From Ascidiella aspersa (lineage: Eukaryota), in assembly GCA_963924565.1 (NCBI GenBank), contig OZ004614.1:25482001-25546000 (forward strand): DNA of 64,000 nucleotides, given 5' to 3'. The notes under the pieces were generated by a model that saw nothing but the letters and a program-made list of their open reading frames with translations, was not told the DNA's origin and did no database searches. Of the stretch, positions 38,069-52,010 are shown piece after piece (positions within the stretch are counted from its first letter, which is position 1; the number at the start of each line of letters is the position of its first letter). Made by a program: the position numbers and the translations under genes.

Positions 38069-41000
38069 CACACATTTTCAGTATCACTTTACGAAGTAAA
38101 AGAAATGGCAAGTTACAACTTGCAACTAAAGGCGCTGAAACGCTTGTGCATATTTCATTTCTCAAACCAGTCTTCATTAAAACTTCATTTACTCCCCTCA
38201 CGCGCCAAAGATGCCGCAAGCACAAATAATTCATGACGGCAATTTTACGGCGAAATGTTTCGGCGGCGAAAATGGCTCAGAGTGTCTGTTACGTCACAGG
38301 CAAATCGGGCGAAATGTAGCGAGAATTTAGGAGATGAAATGAGGTTGAATTTCGATGATGTGCTAGTTTGAGTTAAATATAGAAAATTGATTTGCCAAAC
38401 CACTAAAAATGATTTATATTGGAGCAACCTGACACATTGACCTTATCATCTGACAGAGTTTTTTTTTAGAAAATGCTACAAAGAGTCTCTGCGTATAATC
38501 AGTGAAAATAAAAAAAGAATAAACATCAACTAAACACCGTTACTGAAAATTGAATCAAATAAAAATTATTCATCTGATTAATTTCTGACTCATGCTTGCC
38601 TTGTTATAAGAATAGGTTATTATCAAAAACCACAAAAAGCTCCGCTGCACTCTCGAATCTTTGAAAATCACAGAATTAGTACAGCTAACAAAGTGACATT
38701 ATACAAAAAGACAAAAAAGGAAAACAAAGACGATATCAATTTGTCGAAAAAACATCTACTAATAATAAAAATCTTAGTCAGAAAAACCAATACAATCGTG
38801 CAATGCCTGGCAGCAAGAGTATACACAACTACTATAACACAAACTACCACAATTTATTATTAGGAAAAAAAAACATTGGGGCGCATCTATTGGTTTAAAT
38901 CCAATAACGAAACGACACGTCATCGAATCATACAGCTTACAACATAAAATGTCACAGGTGTAGTTATAAGCTTGGATCCCATTGCAACGTTTCAACTCAA
39001 CGACTGACTGTTTTTTTCAGGCAAGTGCTAATGCAACAAAGTGATGTTATCGGGGATGTCTGCGCCATGGATCACAGGAAACACGTGCTAAACCAGATCA
39101 GATTGCATTAGAGGGGAGGAAGGTGCATTCCGTGGCGAAACACGAAGTTTAAATGACTCTTAGAGGGCAATTTAAGGCCGTCAGTTACAAAAACAGATGT
39201 TGAAAATAAATAGATTTTCGAAACGTTCAAAATGCTACCAACTTTTGTATGGGATTTGATATTCCTACTACGTCAAGTGAAACAGTACCACAATTGCCAT
39301 CACGGATATATTGACAAAATCCTGCTTTTTTTTCGGCAAATTTGAAAAAGGTTTTTATTGTGACTACACATAATTTCATTAAAAATCAAAATCAGACTCA
39401 GAGCGAATAATATAATAGATCTTATCGCTCATTTTGCGAATGTATGAAAGTACCAAGAATGGGGATGGTTATCGAATTCAGTTCGCAAAAAAATCAAGTT
39501 TTACATTGAAATGCCATGTTATTTGGGTCGGTAAAATACCCCGAGGCCTAGCACAACGCGGAGCAGAGATCACGACCAACTGGTTTGGTTTAAAAATAGC
39601 GGCAGACAGACAGGGCGGTGATATTAAGTTGCGGATGACAAATAGGAGGCCACCTAATGTCTCGACTTTGTTGTTCGAATCTTACAATCTTAAGCCCAGC
39701 TTGCATTCTACTACCTTCCCGACAGAGATCTTTGGTTGCTCATAATCACGTCAGTGACGTCATTTGGGGCTGAATGACGTCATTTGACGTGAAATATCGC
39801 AGGCCTAGTAAATTTACCAAAAAAAAGGTCGTTTTGACGTATATATCATCCTATTTCGGCGTGGGATTTTAGCCATAACAAATCTTGGCGTTAACCTTTG
39901 GCGGCCACAATTATGGAATGCAGTCAGGACTTGCGCCACACATTAAATCCCAGCCCTTTTTAAACACGGGAAAGATTTTGAATATATTTGCTTAAACCGC
40001 GACCTCCATGTACCAGTGGTTCGACCACATTCTTAAATCCAGAAAAACTTCGAGTCATGTAGCTGGCAAAGGTTTGTTCAGTAAAATTAAACATTTCCAA
40101 GGTTTATGTCAATTGTAACGAACGTATAATAGACTGATTGCTGGCTAGTGTTTAGAAAAATATCGTAAAACGTTACCGACATAATTACTGTTTTGTTTAA
40201 AATGGGCTTCTTTCTTACAAATGCAGAGAGATAGCTTTTTTTGTAACAACACTTCACTGAGCTTAGTAAGTGTTTCCAAAACAGAATCTTGCTTTTCAAC
40301 AGATCAAATAATACCGACGATAAAAACACTTCACTTAACTGTAAAAATGCAACAATTTCTTACCTTTTATCACTATACAAACAACGCGAAACCTAACAGG
40401 TCAATTCACGAAAGAAATCACTTCATACAACTGCCACAAAAACTACACAAAACAGAACCAGGCGCCGTTGTAATGGCCACTAAAACACATACCGAACATT
40501 TCCAAAAACGATTAGGTTTCAAAACGCGCTCAGTCGTCGTCTGAAGTAGACCTCAATGCTGGGAAAGAATTCCAAAGCAAACAAAGCACAGCTAGTTGAA
40601 TCAAAAGCAGTACAGGACTAGTGGGCGAATACAGCCGGCAGAGCAATGCAGAGGGTCAGGGCTTGAATTGGTTAGCAGCACTTCAAAGCGGATTCCCGCC
40701 TCGCACTGTTATTGTGACGTCATAACTGCACCACTGTGCCGTCACAGTCGCTTGTATATTGTTTAAGTTTGAATAGTGAGGAAGCGAACCCGCCTCGTTT
40801 TCCTAAAACTAGGTTCTGAGTTAAACCAGCTGAATATATGTCTGCAGAGTCTTGATACAAAATACCCTTGATTTGCACGTTTCTCACATATTACAAGACT
40901 TCTGGCTTATTGACAACTTATAAAAAATCTCGAGTTTATAGATAATCGTTTTCTTTCGTAACATAAAAACTTGGAAAACAAAAGCCACACCAAAAACATT

Positions 41001-43088
41001 GGTTTTTTAGTTTTTTAATTAAAATTAGACATTTTACGACGTTTTATTCTCACGAGCTTAACAACAAAGTAATCCGCAATCTTTCCTACATTTTGTGACA
41101 AGACTGGCTAAAGCAGCCAGTTGTCAGTTCGCTGCCATTTGCAGTTCAGTCGGCCGCAAAATAGCGATTTTATCGTGATTTCGGAATTTTCTTGGCTGAT
41201 TTCGCCTCGCCCGGCCGCCAAGCCACCTTACTGAGTCACCAGCCTGTCTGGGATCCTTCCAACGCAGTCTGTTAGTTGCATGTAGTGCAAGGAATGAGCT
41301 ATTCTCCCTCCAGGCGGGTCAGATGCGGCCACGGTCGACCAGGTTTGATCGCACAAAACAAGCAAGGACCAAAAATGGAGGCGAAATTTCGGGTCAAGTC
41401 GTGACACAACTTGCCGCAAACGAAGACTGGAATATCAGGAAAGCGTTTGTTTATTGATAAAGGCGCATATTTCAGGAAAGGCTAAATTGCGAAGCGGGGC
41501 AATTAGCTTGTATTAAGATGCTGTTTTGTGTTTCTACACAATTTATAACGCTCTTGCAAAAAACAACGTTCTGTTCTTATTATAAGCACGATCTAAATTG
41601 CTAAAATGCACAATAGCTTGAATTAACATATATCTAGTTTTATATTTTGCAATATTATTCAAATTACAAATAGAGGATTTTGTACAAGACTTGAGTGACT
41701 AAATGCCACACAATTGCAACTTAAAAAATATGATTATTATAACCTTTAAAAATGTAACGCGTATTCAACAAGTTGAAACCAACTTAATTACCTGTCAAAA
41801 AAGCACAACTTTTACATTCCCCCGAAACCGAATATACGCTGCAAAGATATCGCCAGGGTATGTAAGATATGTGTAGTACAAGAGGTACACCTGACAAATA
41901 CACATAATATATCGCGCTTATTGCAAAATGCTGCATATTATTCTTACGAGCAAATACCCTTTTTAACCTGGGCAATGCCGGGTATTTCGTCTAGTATAAC
42001 ACATGTGTAGTACAGGAGGTACACCTGACAGATTGCTCGGTGTTACGACGAGCGGAAATTGTCGGGTCCCGGCGCCACGCGAGACCAATTTGTTTACTCT
42101 GCAATTTACAACATTCCTAGGATGGACATGTTGGAAAGAAGAGGTTCGTGTCACGAGCAAAGCTTTGAATTGCACAGTTCAAGTGAAATGAGATGTCAGG
42201 AGACATAACGGTGCTTAAGTTTAGAGTCTTTTAAAATGTCGCATGTTTTAAGGAATTTTTTTGGAATGTTGGCAGAAATGTTTGACCGAGATGTGTTGGA
42301 AGTTTGGTACTCGAGTGAAAACGATTTCACGTTCAACAATTTAAAGGCAAAAACTTCACACTCGTTCGTCTGCCGAATATAAGACTTGTAAATCAAACTC
42401 CAATTCGATTTGCCTTGAAAATCTTATTTGAGATAAAAATAAAGCAAAAGGTGTACTGACAATGTGGAAACGACATATTGTAGAAAGTTTTTTCATCAAC
42501 CTAAAAAGTAGAAAACAGTGCATAGATGATGAACATAATTTTACATCACAAGAAATAAAGACGTTTTTTTTCATAGAGTCAATCTTTTAAAAAATCAGAT
42601 TTGCAAAACAAATGTAAAAACTTAAGACACAAGGAGAGGTGCTAACAAAACATCGACCAAGCCTGTGTACGGCGACCAACTACATTTCTTTTTAGAAGAA
42701 GCAACGAACAGAGAAGCCAGTGATGACGGGTTCAATACGAAGCACGTTGTCGTCAGGGCACGGAGACAAGCTTAGGGCAAAATTCGGCGTCGACATTTGA
42801 CAAATGAAGCCCAAACACGAAGGTTGTGTGTGGTCTAGTTATGTGGGATCGGTCTGTACGTGCTTGTGGTTAAGGTCAAATGTAAGGACTGTGGTTATTT
42901 GCGTGCCGTTATGTAATAATAGTGCATTACACAATACGAGTGGGGGATGCGAGTTGGGATCCATTTTAAATGCGTTAAATATGTTTTAAGGCCATTTACA
43001 AGTTCAGTTATCTTTTTACAGCAGAAAAAATCTTCTCATGAAATATTCTAAACATTCAAGAACACACTTTGCAATACTGCACAATCCT

Positions 43089-43392
43089 TGGGATGGCCGA
43101 TAATATCGTGTGGGAGCCGATACCGAATGTCAAGTGATATTATCGGTGGCGTCCGATACAAGTATCAGTGTCGGGCAGTTAAAGTTCTCAACTTTAAGGC
43201 AACCTTTGGCCTAACAACCTAAAAAAATTACTGTTTAACATTTAAATTCCCATTTTTCTTGTTTAGGTATAGTAACAAGGTCATTTGGTTTGCATCGAAT
43301 ACTCTTTATATTCTACAGAGAGGTCGATACTTTTTGTCCAAAATATCGGGTGTCGGTATCGGGATAATAAATCAAGTATCGCACATCCACTA
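43089..43392. mobile_element. CCGAT/ATCGG-rich MITE (family C), opposite orientation
   Basis: tgggatggccgat ... atcgcacatccacta ends; shares internal segments with 14012-14312. Confidence 0.6.
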
Positions 43393-46300
43393 CAAAAACA
43401 TGCTAAACCGCACAAATGTGAAAATTGTTTCCTTTAAAAAACCGTAACAATATATGCCAGGGGCGGGAAACTGTTGCAATACCATTCTAATTACTGAAAC
43501 ATAGAACAGGTTTGTGTAAATCAAATCCAACATATTCTCGAACATGTTTCGCAGTGTACACTTTGGCAAATTTTTAAACCACCAAAATAGCATAAAAACA
43601 AAACTAAGACAAACAACCGTTGAAATCCAAAGTGACGCAATGGCTGTAAGTCCTTCACCCCAAGGGGAGTCTTTTACATGCGCCAGTGGCACCGAGACTC
43701 CATTCCTGCGGGTTTTCGCCGATGAAAGGCTCTTTACCGCAAGCGTTTTGTTATGTGAAGCTCATTTCCGACCCTATACACATAACGTGCAACAATCCAC
43801 AATATCTACAAGGCGAGGCGCCCTTAGTATTCAAAACAGCGGCGCTGATGTTGGTTTTGCGCGTTTTTCGCTTGTCAGGACTTTTTTGTGAAAGGAAAGG
43901 TGAATTAATCATGAAGAAATATAACCTATACGGACAAAAAAACAAGATAAACTTTGGGTGGCATCTTGAGGGAAGTTGTCCGAAACCCGGGGCAATGAGT
44001 TTTGATTGATGGAATACGGAATTAACCTCGCCCATATTTCACCCGCCAACTTTACGTTAAGCGATTTGTTGTTTCTAGGCTTATTGTGCAGGCCTTGGTG
44101 GGCCGGGCCGATGTACAACACACTGTCTTCCTAACCGGTAAATGGGATACCTGAGGTTAATTCGTTGAAAAGCGTGCATTGCTGGTAAAATTGTCTTGCA
44201 ACAAACAAACAGAGGTATATTACCGTTAAGTGGTGTCGTGTAGGAATGGTGTATCCATGACAAGTGATTAACAAGAAAAACGCGGCTTCAAATAGATAAA
44301 AAGAAACACTTTAAAAAAACACAAAATAGTTTACATTACACGAAATATGACTTTTCCAGTAAACTTTTGAGGTTATTTTGAATATTCGATATGGAGGAAA
44401 GATTAACTAACAGTTTCATGACATGCATAGATGTTCTAATAGACAAAAATGACAATGTTAAGTGTTTTCAAGCCATTTAGAAAAGTCTTCTCTCCGTAAT
44501 AACAGTACCTTTACAATAATGAAAATCCAAGTGTCAACACAATTGCAAAATTGCGCGGGTAGCGTTCCAATAAAACCCAGTAGTAAACGTAATAACAGCA
44601 GAAAAACACAAAAAGCTACTTTGATCAAATAGTGTCTGGCAACCAGCAACGAACGATTTATCGACGGTTGGAAACCAAGTTCAAATTCCACGCTTTGATC
44701 GATGCAAATCGAATCGAGCTTCAAATTCGAATCGCGCTTGGCACCGCGATATTGCGCCATACGCACACTCCCTCCGTTTATTACGTCACTGAGGGATAGG
44801 GCGGAGCGGTGAGATGCTATCGCGAAATTGGCCGGACATTAGCTCTTTAAACGACTGTGATGTTGAGAATGAATACAAAGATATACCTTCAAAATGCTAC
44901 CTACTTGTATGTGGGATTTTGTTATTCATCTTACGGCTCTAAACGTTATGCTCGAATTGCAAATCGGGCTGTTTTGGGCCCAAACGAGCTTTACAGTTCT
45001 TACAAAGAAGCTTCAAAGGCAATTGGTTGGGGTCAAAGTAAAACTAGGCGTCGAATATGAGAAATAACACATTCTGCTAAGTTATCTCCGTGCTTAAGAC
45101 AGCTGAAAACCAGGGAGGACTAAGACTTGATTATTTCGGACAAACATCGGAGAATAAACAGTTTAGGGGACAACGTTTATTCATGATTGGCAAGTTTTAA
45201 AGTTTGGGTTACAACAAATTATTCCTTCAACACCTATAGCAAAGCATCGTTTGCATAATTTTAGGATAAAACAATTTAAACTTTAAATTTTGCGATACGA
45301 AAATACACTACAACCATGCATTTTGCGAAAAGTGTAAAAACGCACAAAAAAACTCTTTAGTTTGCACAATTTGCGTTTTCCGCAAAGTTCGGTCAGTTTG
45401 GGTCACGAGCTTTGTACAGTAGATTTTATATGGACAGTTGGACAAGTGTTAGCGCATTGGTCAGGAATGCCCGAGAGATAGAAGTGGGTTGAGACTTGCG
45501 CAACATTCGGCCAAGAGCACTCCTTATTGATTTTCGTGGAATGCTCGGCTACAAGAGCTCTTTGCTGGCCTGAGTTGTGGGCCTGTTTATTTGGCCACGA
45601 CAAACAAGGCCGGCTCCATATTTCGGCCGGGTGGACTGGTTTTGTCGTAGTTTGTAGTTGCGGCTTTGGTGGATAACGCATCATTTACTAACGAGATATT
45701 TGTGTATTGGTTTAGCTAAAGAGGTTGGGCATAAAAAGAAACAAATTAATACGAAAACTAAAAAAAAAAATTTTCTGATATAACCCAATTTTATAACCAA
45801 AACGTTCGCATTGCAACAAACAACCATCACTCTAGCTCAAATATTGTGCGACGTTTTAGGAATATTTTAAATACAGGACACAACAGTGAAATAATCCAAG
45901 TATTCGACCGGCAATCCTTCACAATCTTTATGCATTGCCTCCTAAAAACGGGCAGATGTGAGCAGGTCAATTTTTAGCGTTAAAAAAAGTTTAACAACCC
46001 CTGAACTAGGCGCTTATATTTCCATTGATTAACGATGTCACTGTGTATTGAAATGCTCCAAGGTGTGTAAAACACTAAACTATGCTGAAGGCTTGATTGA
46101 CATCGTAAGAGCAGGGAATTATAAATTCCGCGACTTTTTGATGGCTTTCGAAACAGGCTTAATCGTTTGTCAATCACTCTAGAATCGATTAGCTTGTATG
46201 GTGCTGCTGTTCCATTTGAAACATAACAAAAATCTAACGCATCACTAGTCGGTAACTCATTGCATATCCTGATTTGCAGTATTTCCTTGTTTAAACATTC

Positions 46301-48049
46301 GGTGTTTTTTTAACTGAAAACAAGCAAAATGCACATAATGCGAAGTTTAATTTCTACTTACAGCCATGCTCACACATATATCAGACTTGTTTTCATAGTT
46401 TTGTTTTTAACAGAGCTTCACTGAACTGAAAAATTTAATTTAAAAACTGCGAACAAAACATGGAGTGTAACATACAGCACGTCATCTTATTTATGTCAAA
46501 AATCTGACGGTTTTAAAACGCTCACAAATCTAAATCCACTCTGAAAACTGCAGCCAAAGAACAACAACAGTGAGTTCTATTCATTGGCCATTCGCAAAAC
46601 GCAGACAGAGAACTTTACTTTCTGTAGTTAGACGGTCTTATCAGCTGTATTGGCGAGCAGGGAGGCGGCGTTTAGGTGTAAGGGAAACCTTGGCGCGGTT
46701 AAAAGGAATAGAGAAGAAAGTTTGCGATTATTTGCCTAATACCGCGAGCGGCTATCAGGTGACACGAGCTCCTACCACGCTTCACTTGCCGACAGACAAC
46801 AACACCCTTTCCTGCTGCAACCATATTGGAAAGAAAGCACATAACATAGGTTTTAAAAATTATGGAAGGATCATAAAATTACACCTGGATTATTGCATAA
46901 GGTTAAAATACCTATTTTGATGAGATATATTTTGCGGTAATTCATCTGATTATTAAAAGCGCCTTTAAAAACGCAAGTAAGACACATCGGGAGTATTATA
47001 ACTTCTGCTTATGTTGAACGTATAATCAAGGGTTTTGTTTTTACAAGTTCATTTCAACTAACAAACAAGACAATTTTACCAACAGTGACATTGATTCAAT
47101 TGTAATGGAGTATTTGATTGAGCTAATATAAACGTTCAGAAGTTGCCAGCATTTAATTCCACATAAGCGAGCGACCTAACTTCAACCATCAGATCACTTC
47201 AAAACTTGGCAGTAGCCATAAAAGGAAGCCGGACGTAAAATCTTGGCTAATCGCACTTGTAGATCACACGAGTTCGTCAATGCAAGAAGCTAGCAAGTTA
47301 CCCCAGGTCTGATGTCACACAACCCAAAATACAAGCCTTATAAACGTGCAGAAGGCATTCAAGTCCACTGAAGCCAGGAGAAGCAAGGGTAGGCTTACAA
47401 AACCGGCAGACGCCAGGTTGAATACTGGCTGGTTGGATCCAGCAGTGTAGGATTAGTTAGCATTGAGGTTCATGCATGCGTGTGAGCACTCCTGTCAATT
47501 TATGGCCTCGGTTGCACGCGACTGCCTGGCTTCAATTGGCTTCCTTGGGCTTTGTAATGTGCTTATATGACTGAAGCAATCGAATCTCTGTTCTGGTCAC
47601 CATTAAATAACCTCACATAAAATTACAACCAAGTCTGTTTTTTTTAACTTTCTCTGGCTACAACAAAAACAACAGAGAAACAAAATGCAAAAGCATGTAT
47701 TACTGTTAAAGAAACAACAAAAAAACTCTTGTTTGTGAGAGCATAACAATAATTTTGCCCTTACACAAATGACTAATACGTACCGACCATAAAAAAACAA
47801 GATTCTTTATATATAAAATGCCTTTAACACTCAGCAACAAACAGTCTGGCAAAAAAAAGTGTTTTAGAACTAGTATCCCAAAACGTATCAAACTATTTTA
47901 ATAAAAACATTGATTGTCAAAAACACGCCGGGCCTAATACACACATTGTCCCAGAAATAAAACATCGTCGACCACTGCGCACACGGGCTACATAGTTGCC
48001 AGAAACAATATAAAGTCGTTAGTTTCTCCAAAAACCCAGGCTCTGCTGC

Positions 48050-48540
48050 CTTCCTACCTAGAACTATATTCAGTTGAAATAAACAAACTGCCTTTCAAGG
48101 TAACCAACAAACGCTGAAGTCTTTCAGAACAAAATCTAAGAAACTACAACAATGTTAAAGAACAAAAACGTTGTACACTACAGTAACGTCTTAAAAAACA
48201 AATACCTAAGAAATTAAAAACATCGCTGACAAATACACAAACACGTTACACAGTGGTCCAGAGGCAATATAAATGCATTCGTTTTAACTAAAAAACAAGC
48301 TTCCCTTGCAATGGAGAGATGTCTAGGCCAATTGACTAAAATTAATTGCCTTTTAAGGTAACCAATATACGGTAACGTCTTTCAGAACAAATATCCAAGA
48401 AAATAAAAACATCACTGACAAATACACAATAACACATACGTGTTACACAGTAGTCCAGGGGCAATATAAGGCAGTCGCTTCTCAAAAAACAGCAACTCCT
48501 ACAAAACAACAACTCCTACCTTGCAATGGAGAGATGTCTA
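48050..48540. repeat. Tandem duplication next to the candidate alternative first exon
   Basis: aaggtaaccaa..gtctttcagaacaaa..aaaaacatc.ctgacaaatacacaa..gttacacagt.gtccag.ggcaatataa..ccttgcaatggagagatgtcta is duplicated. Confidence 0.75.
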
Positions 48541-48608
48541 CACAGAGTCGATCTTGCTCGTTGCACTTTCGACGATTCCCTAAAAGTCCGGCTACGATCC
48601 AAAGTCAT
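48520..48608 (-). CDS. Shroom: Candidate alternative first coding exon of Shroom (MTLDRSRTFRESSKVQRARSTLCRHLSIA-R)
   Basis: ATG at 48608, 89 nt open, AAG|gtagga donor in phase 2 matching exon C; CpG-richer upstream region. Confidence 0.55.
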
Positions 48609-51600
48609 ATCGAGAAGGTTTCGCTTCACTGCACCACGATAGTACTCCAGCTTTGAGTGAACGAGAATTGACGAGCCTGTTGTTATTCTTGTGCCTTTTG
48701 GACGGCAACCGTTAGCGGGGTATTGGCGGTCGAATGGGCTTCCAAGGGTTAATTACACCTGGCGTGTGAAATCTTGAGGTTTCGACATGATTCTGCCGGT
48801 GTATTTTCACGCTTTCTGCCAACAACCGCGTTTTTGCGCGCTAAGGTTTAAACCTCCTTATGTTGCCTGAGAAACGTGAGGGTTCGGTTAGAGATTGCAG
48901 TTTTGTTAAACCTAAGACCGCAATACACAAGCTAGCAAAAGGTTAAAAATCGACTTATGTAATCAAATTGATTGGGTTATTTTTGTGTGTGTTTTGTTTT
49001 AACAAGAATTGTTTTGTTCTTTTGTTCAGGAATTAACTGGAGGTCTTTATGAAACATGTTACCAACTTATGGTTTCGCTCTCAAACGACAACGTCATGCA
49101 TTCAACAACCATAACTGCTTCTTTCTATAGCAAAACGATCTTGGGAGAGGTATTGCAAAAAAATATCTTTCCATACTTAGAATATTGCTAGTTAAAAGCG
49201 GATTACTAAATAAAAAATAAGATGTATGGAGCTAAACACTTGTTACTAGTACGTAAATAAAAATTAAAAGTCTATAGACACCTACAATTTGAAACCATAA
49301 GGTTGTACTTCAACCGTAGTCTCAGCCAGAAAACAGTGGAACACAAAACTTATCCCAACAATGCGGTGGACAAGTAAAAATAAATCGCTACTCGAGGTTT
49401 CCAGGTGGTCAAAAGCGGTTGGTTTAAACTGCAGCTGATCTGTTTTTTTATCTGGAGATGTATTATTCACAAGGTAAACTATAGAGACCAGCTGGTACGT
49501 CGTAAACCCCCTATTAAAGGTTTTATCGATGTGATAACACTTCAGTTTTACGAAACAAGCTAAGTAAAATACACAGAAAAGCGAACATAGAATGTAAAAC
49601 GTTTATAAAATTTTACACTTTTTTGTAAGGGGGTTAAATAATTAATAGCAAGCAAATCAGGGGAAATAGGTTTAATAATATCTTGCCTAATATTTTCCGA
49701 ACGTTTATAATTTTTCGCCAACGCTAATTAAAGTTTTACGCTACACACTAAATTTAGGGGATTAAATCAGAAAAAAATCAAATATAAGAACTGAATTACA
49801 ACTGCGTTACCCAACACCAAGTTTGGTATTGCTATCTTACCCAATACAACCCGTAACCTAAGGTTTCCCTTAAAATGTTAAATACTAGGGATCGTCCGAT
49901 ATCATTTTTTGACAGATGCCGAAGCCCTATTTTTTGTATACTTGAGATACAGCTATAATTTTAGTCATCCTAAGTCCCCCAAAATTTCCGCGGTGTTTAA
50001 GGAATTCTATGAAGGCAGGACGAATACTCAACAAACATGAGAAATATACCTTACCCGATAGCACGCTAACCCTAATGTTTTCTTAGGGCCACCAACCCCG
50101 CATCCTTAGCCCCCCAAAAAGTCTGTGGTGTTTTTAAGGAATAACATAAAAGCAGGTGCAATATGTGTTAAGTTAAGCAATAAGTTGTACTTAAGACACT
50201 AAAGTTAAGGGATAAATCAAAATAATTTGAGAACTCAATTATTACTATCCTACCCAATAGAACCCTAACATAAATGCTTCCCTAGGGCTGACAGCCACCA
50301 ACCTTATTCCCCTAAAACGTGTTGCCTTTTACAAATTCTATCAAGGCGGAACGAATGCTCCATCACCACCGAACCAACAGCGAATATATGGGAAGCGAAT
50401 ATTCGTCGGGAATGTTGTGAATTCACCTAAAGTGGCTTAACACAGGTGCACAATTTCACAGCGTTGGGCCAATGTGAAGGGGATTTAAGGCTTTTGGGCA
50501 AAACACTAATGTGACTCAACTTCTGTAGCACCTGTGGGCGACCACAAAACCGGGTTTAGTCGATTTAGTGAGCTTTTTGAGAAAAAAATGATTCATTAGT
50601 TTTGCGTTGCAGGTAATTTTAGTTCAACAATGTGCTCGGCAATAAATTAAAACCTTATATTAGGAATATGGCGCAAAACATTAATCAAAAAATTTATTCC
50701 TTAAAATGTCTTATTTAATTACAATTTTCATGTTCTTAAATGATTCAATAGTAAAATAAACAAATTATTTCGTTAATTTAGGGTACCAAACACTGCCTTA
50801 TACTGCACACATCTACCCAGAGATTATATCTTCATCAAATTATTAAAAAAGGCCATTACATTTGCAATATATTTCTTTGTCCGTTTTTTTCTACTTTTTT
50901 TATGAAAACGCCCAAACACAGCGCAATACTGCACACATCTATAATACTGTACTACATAAATGCATTCCACCTTCTATAGGGGCTCTAACACTCAAAATTT
51001 ACAAATCAAAATCCTTGCCTTGGCGTCTAGACATCTCCTGACCTAAGAAAGCTGACGTTGGTTATGAAAGCGTAGCCCTGCTAATTAGCAGACACCAAGT
51101 CTAGCTTAAACCGTTGACTGAGCCGCAACGGCGAAATTATCTAAACATTCCGGACTTTCTGAACTCATCGAGCAATCCAGAACAAATAAATTTCGTCCGT
51201 TTACATGTTTTAGGGGGGTTTAACGGCGGAGAGAAAGTACCCCCAGCATCAATTAGACCCGTGTTGAAAAATAGACGTTGGGCAATTAGTTAAAAGTTGA
51301 ATCTTAAAATAACACACCTCGATTTACTACAAGCATAAAATGCAAAAACATCGGATCTCAATTAAATTATGTTTTCCGGTTATGTTTTATACATATAAAA
51401 ATTGGTTTGATTAATACGAGCTTGACTAAACAATTTACATAATTAAAAATGTCACAAGATTCTAACTTTTTTTTTGCTTTAACTAGCTGTCTATTTTCTC
51501 CAGAAAATATGCTTTGCTGCTAAATTGATAGCTTTTAGTTAGCCAGCTCAAACTGACACAATTATCTTTATTATACGCTTTGCCTTGCGTAGAAAGCAAA

Positions 51601-51719
51601 CACTTCAGTTGTATGACCAGCGCAAATTCACCTCTCCAATTAAACAAACAAACATAACACTAAAAAACCATAAGGACGATGCCCTTTAGTTTAAACTGAA
51701 AAAAATGAATTCTAACTCC

Positions 51720-52010
51720 CGGATATGAAAACAACTCTTCTTTCAAAAAGGACTTAAAATACTCTTTATTCTCAAACCAGTTCGTTCTCAAACTTTTTCT
51801 AAGTACCTCTTGTTCAAACCAGCTCATTTTTAATTATCTCAATTCTAACATCAGCTCTTTCTAAAACTACTTAATTCTGAAACTTATCCATTTGCAAACC
51901 ACTTTATTTTTGAACTACCATTCTTAAACTAGTTCATTTTCACAGCGGCTGATTTTAAAACTTATCCATTTGAAAGCCACCTTATTTTTAAACCGGTTCA
52001 TTATCAAAGC
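51720..52010. repeat. Low-complexity array of ttct(c/t)aaac-like units
   Basis: Repeated ttctcaaac/ttctaaaac and duplicated aaacttatccatttg. Confidence 0.55.

Noticed and set aside
49740-50350. Telomere-like ccctaa/ttaggg motifs
   Set aside because: Scattered single units inside a degenerate local repeat, not a telomeric tract
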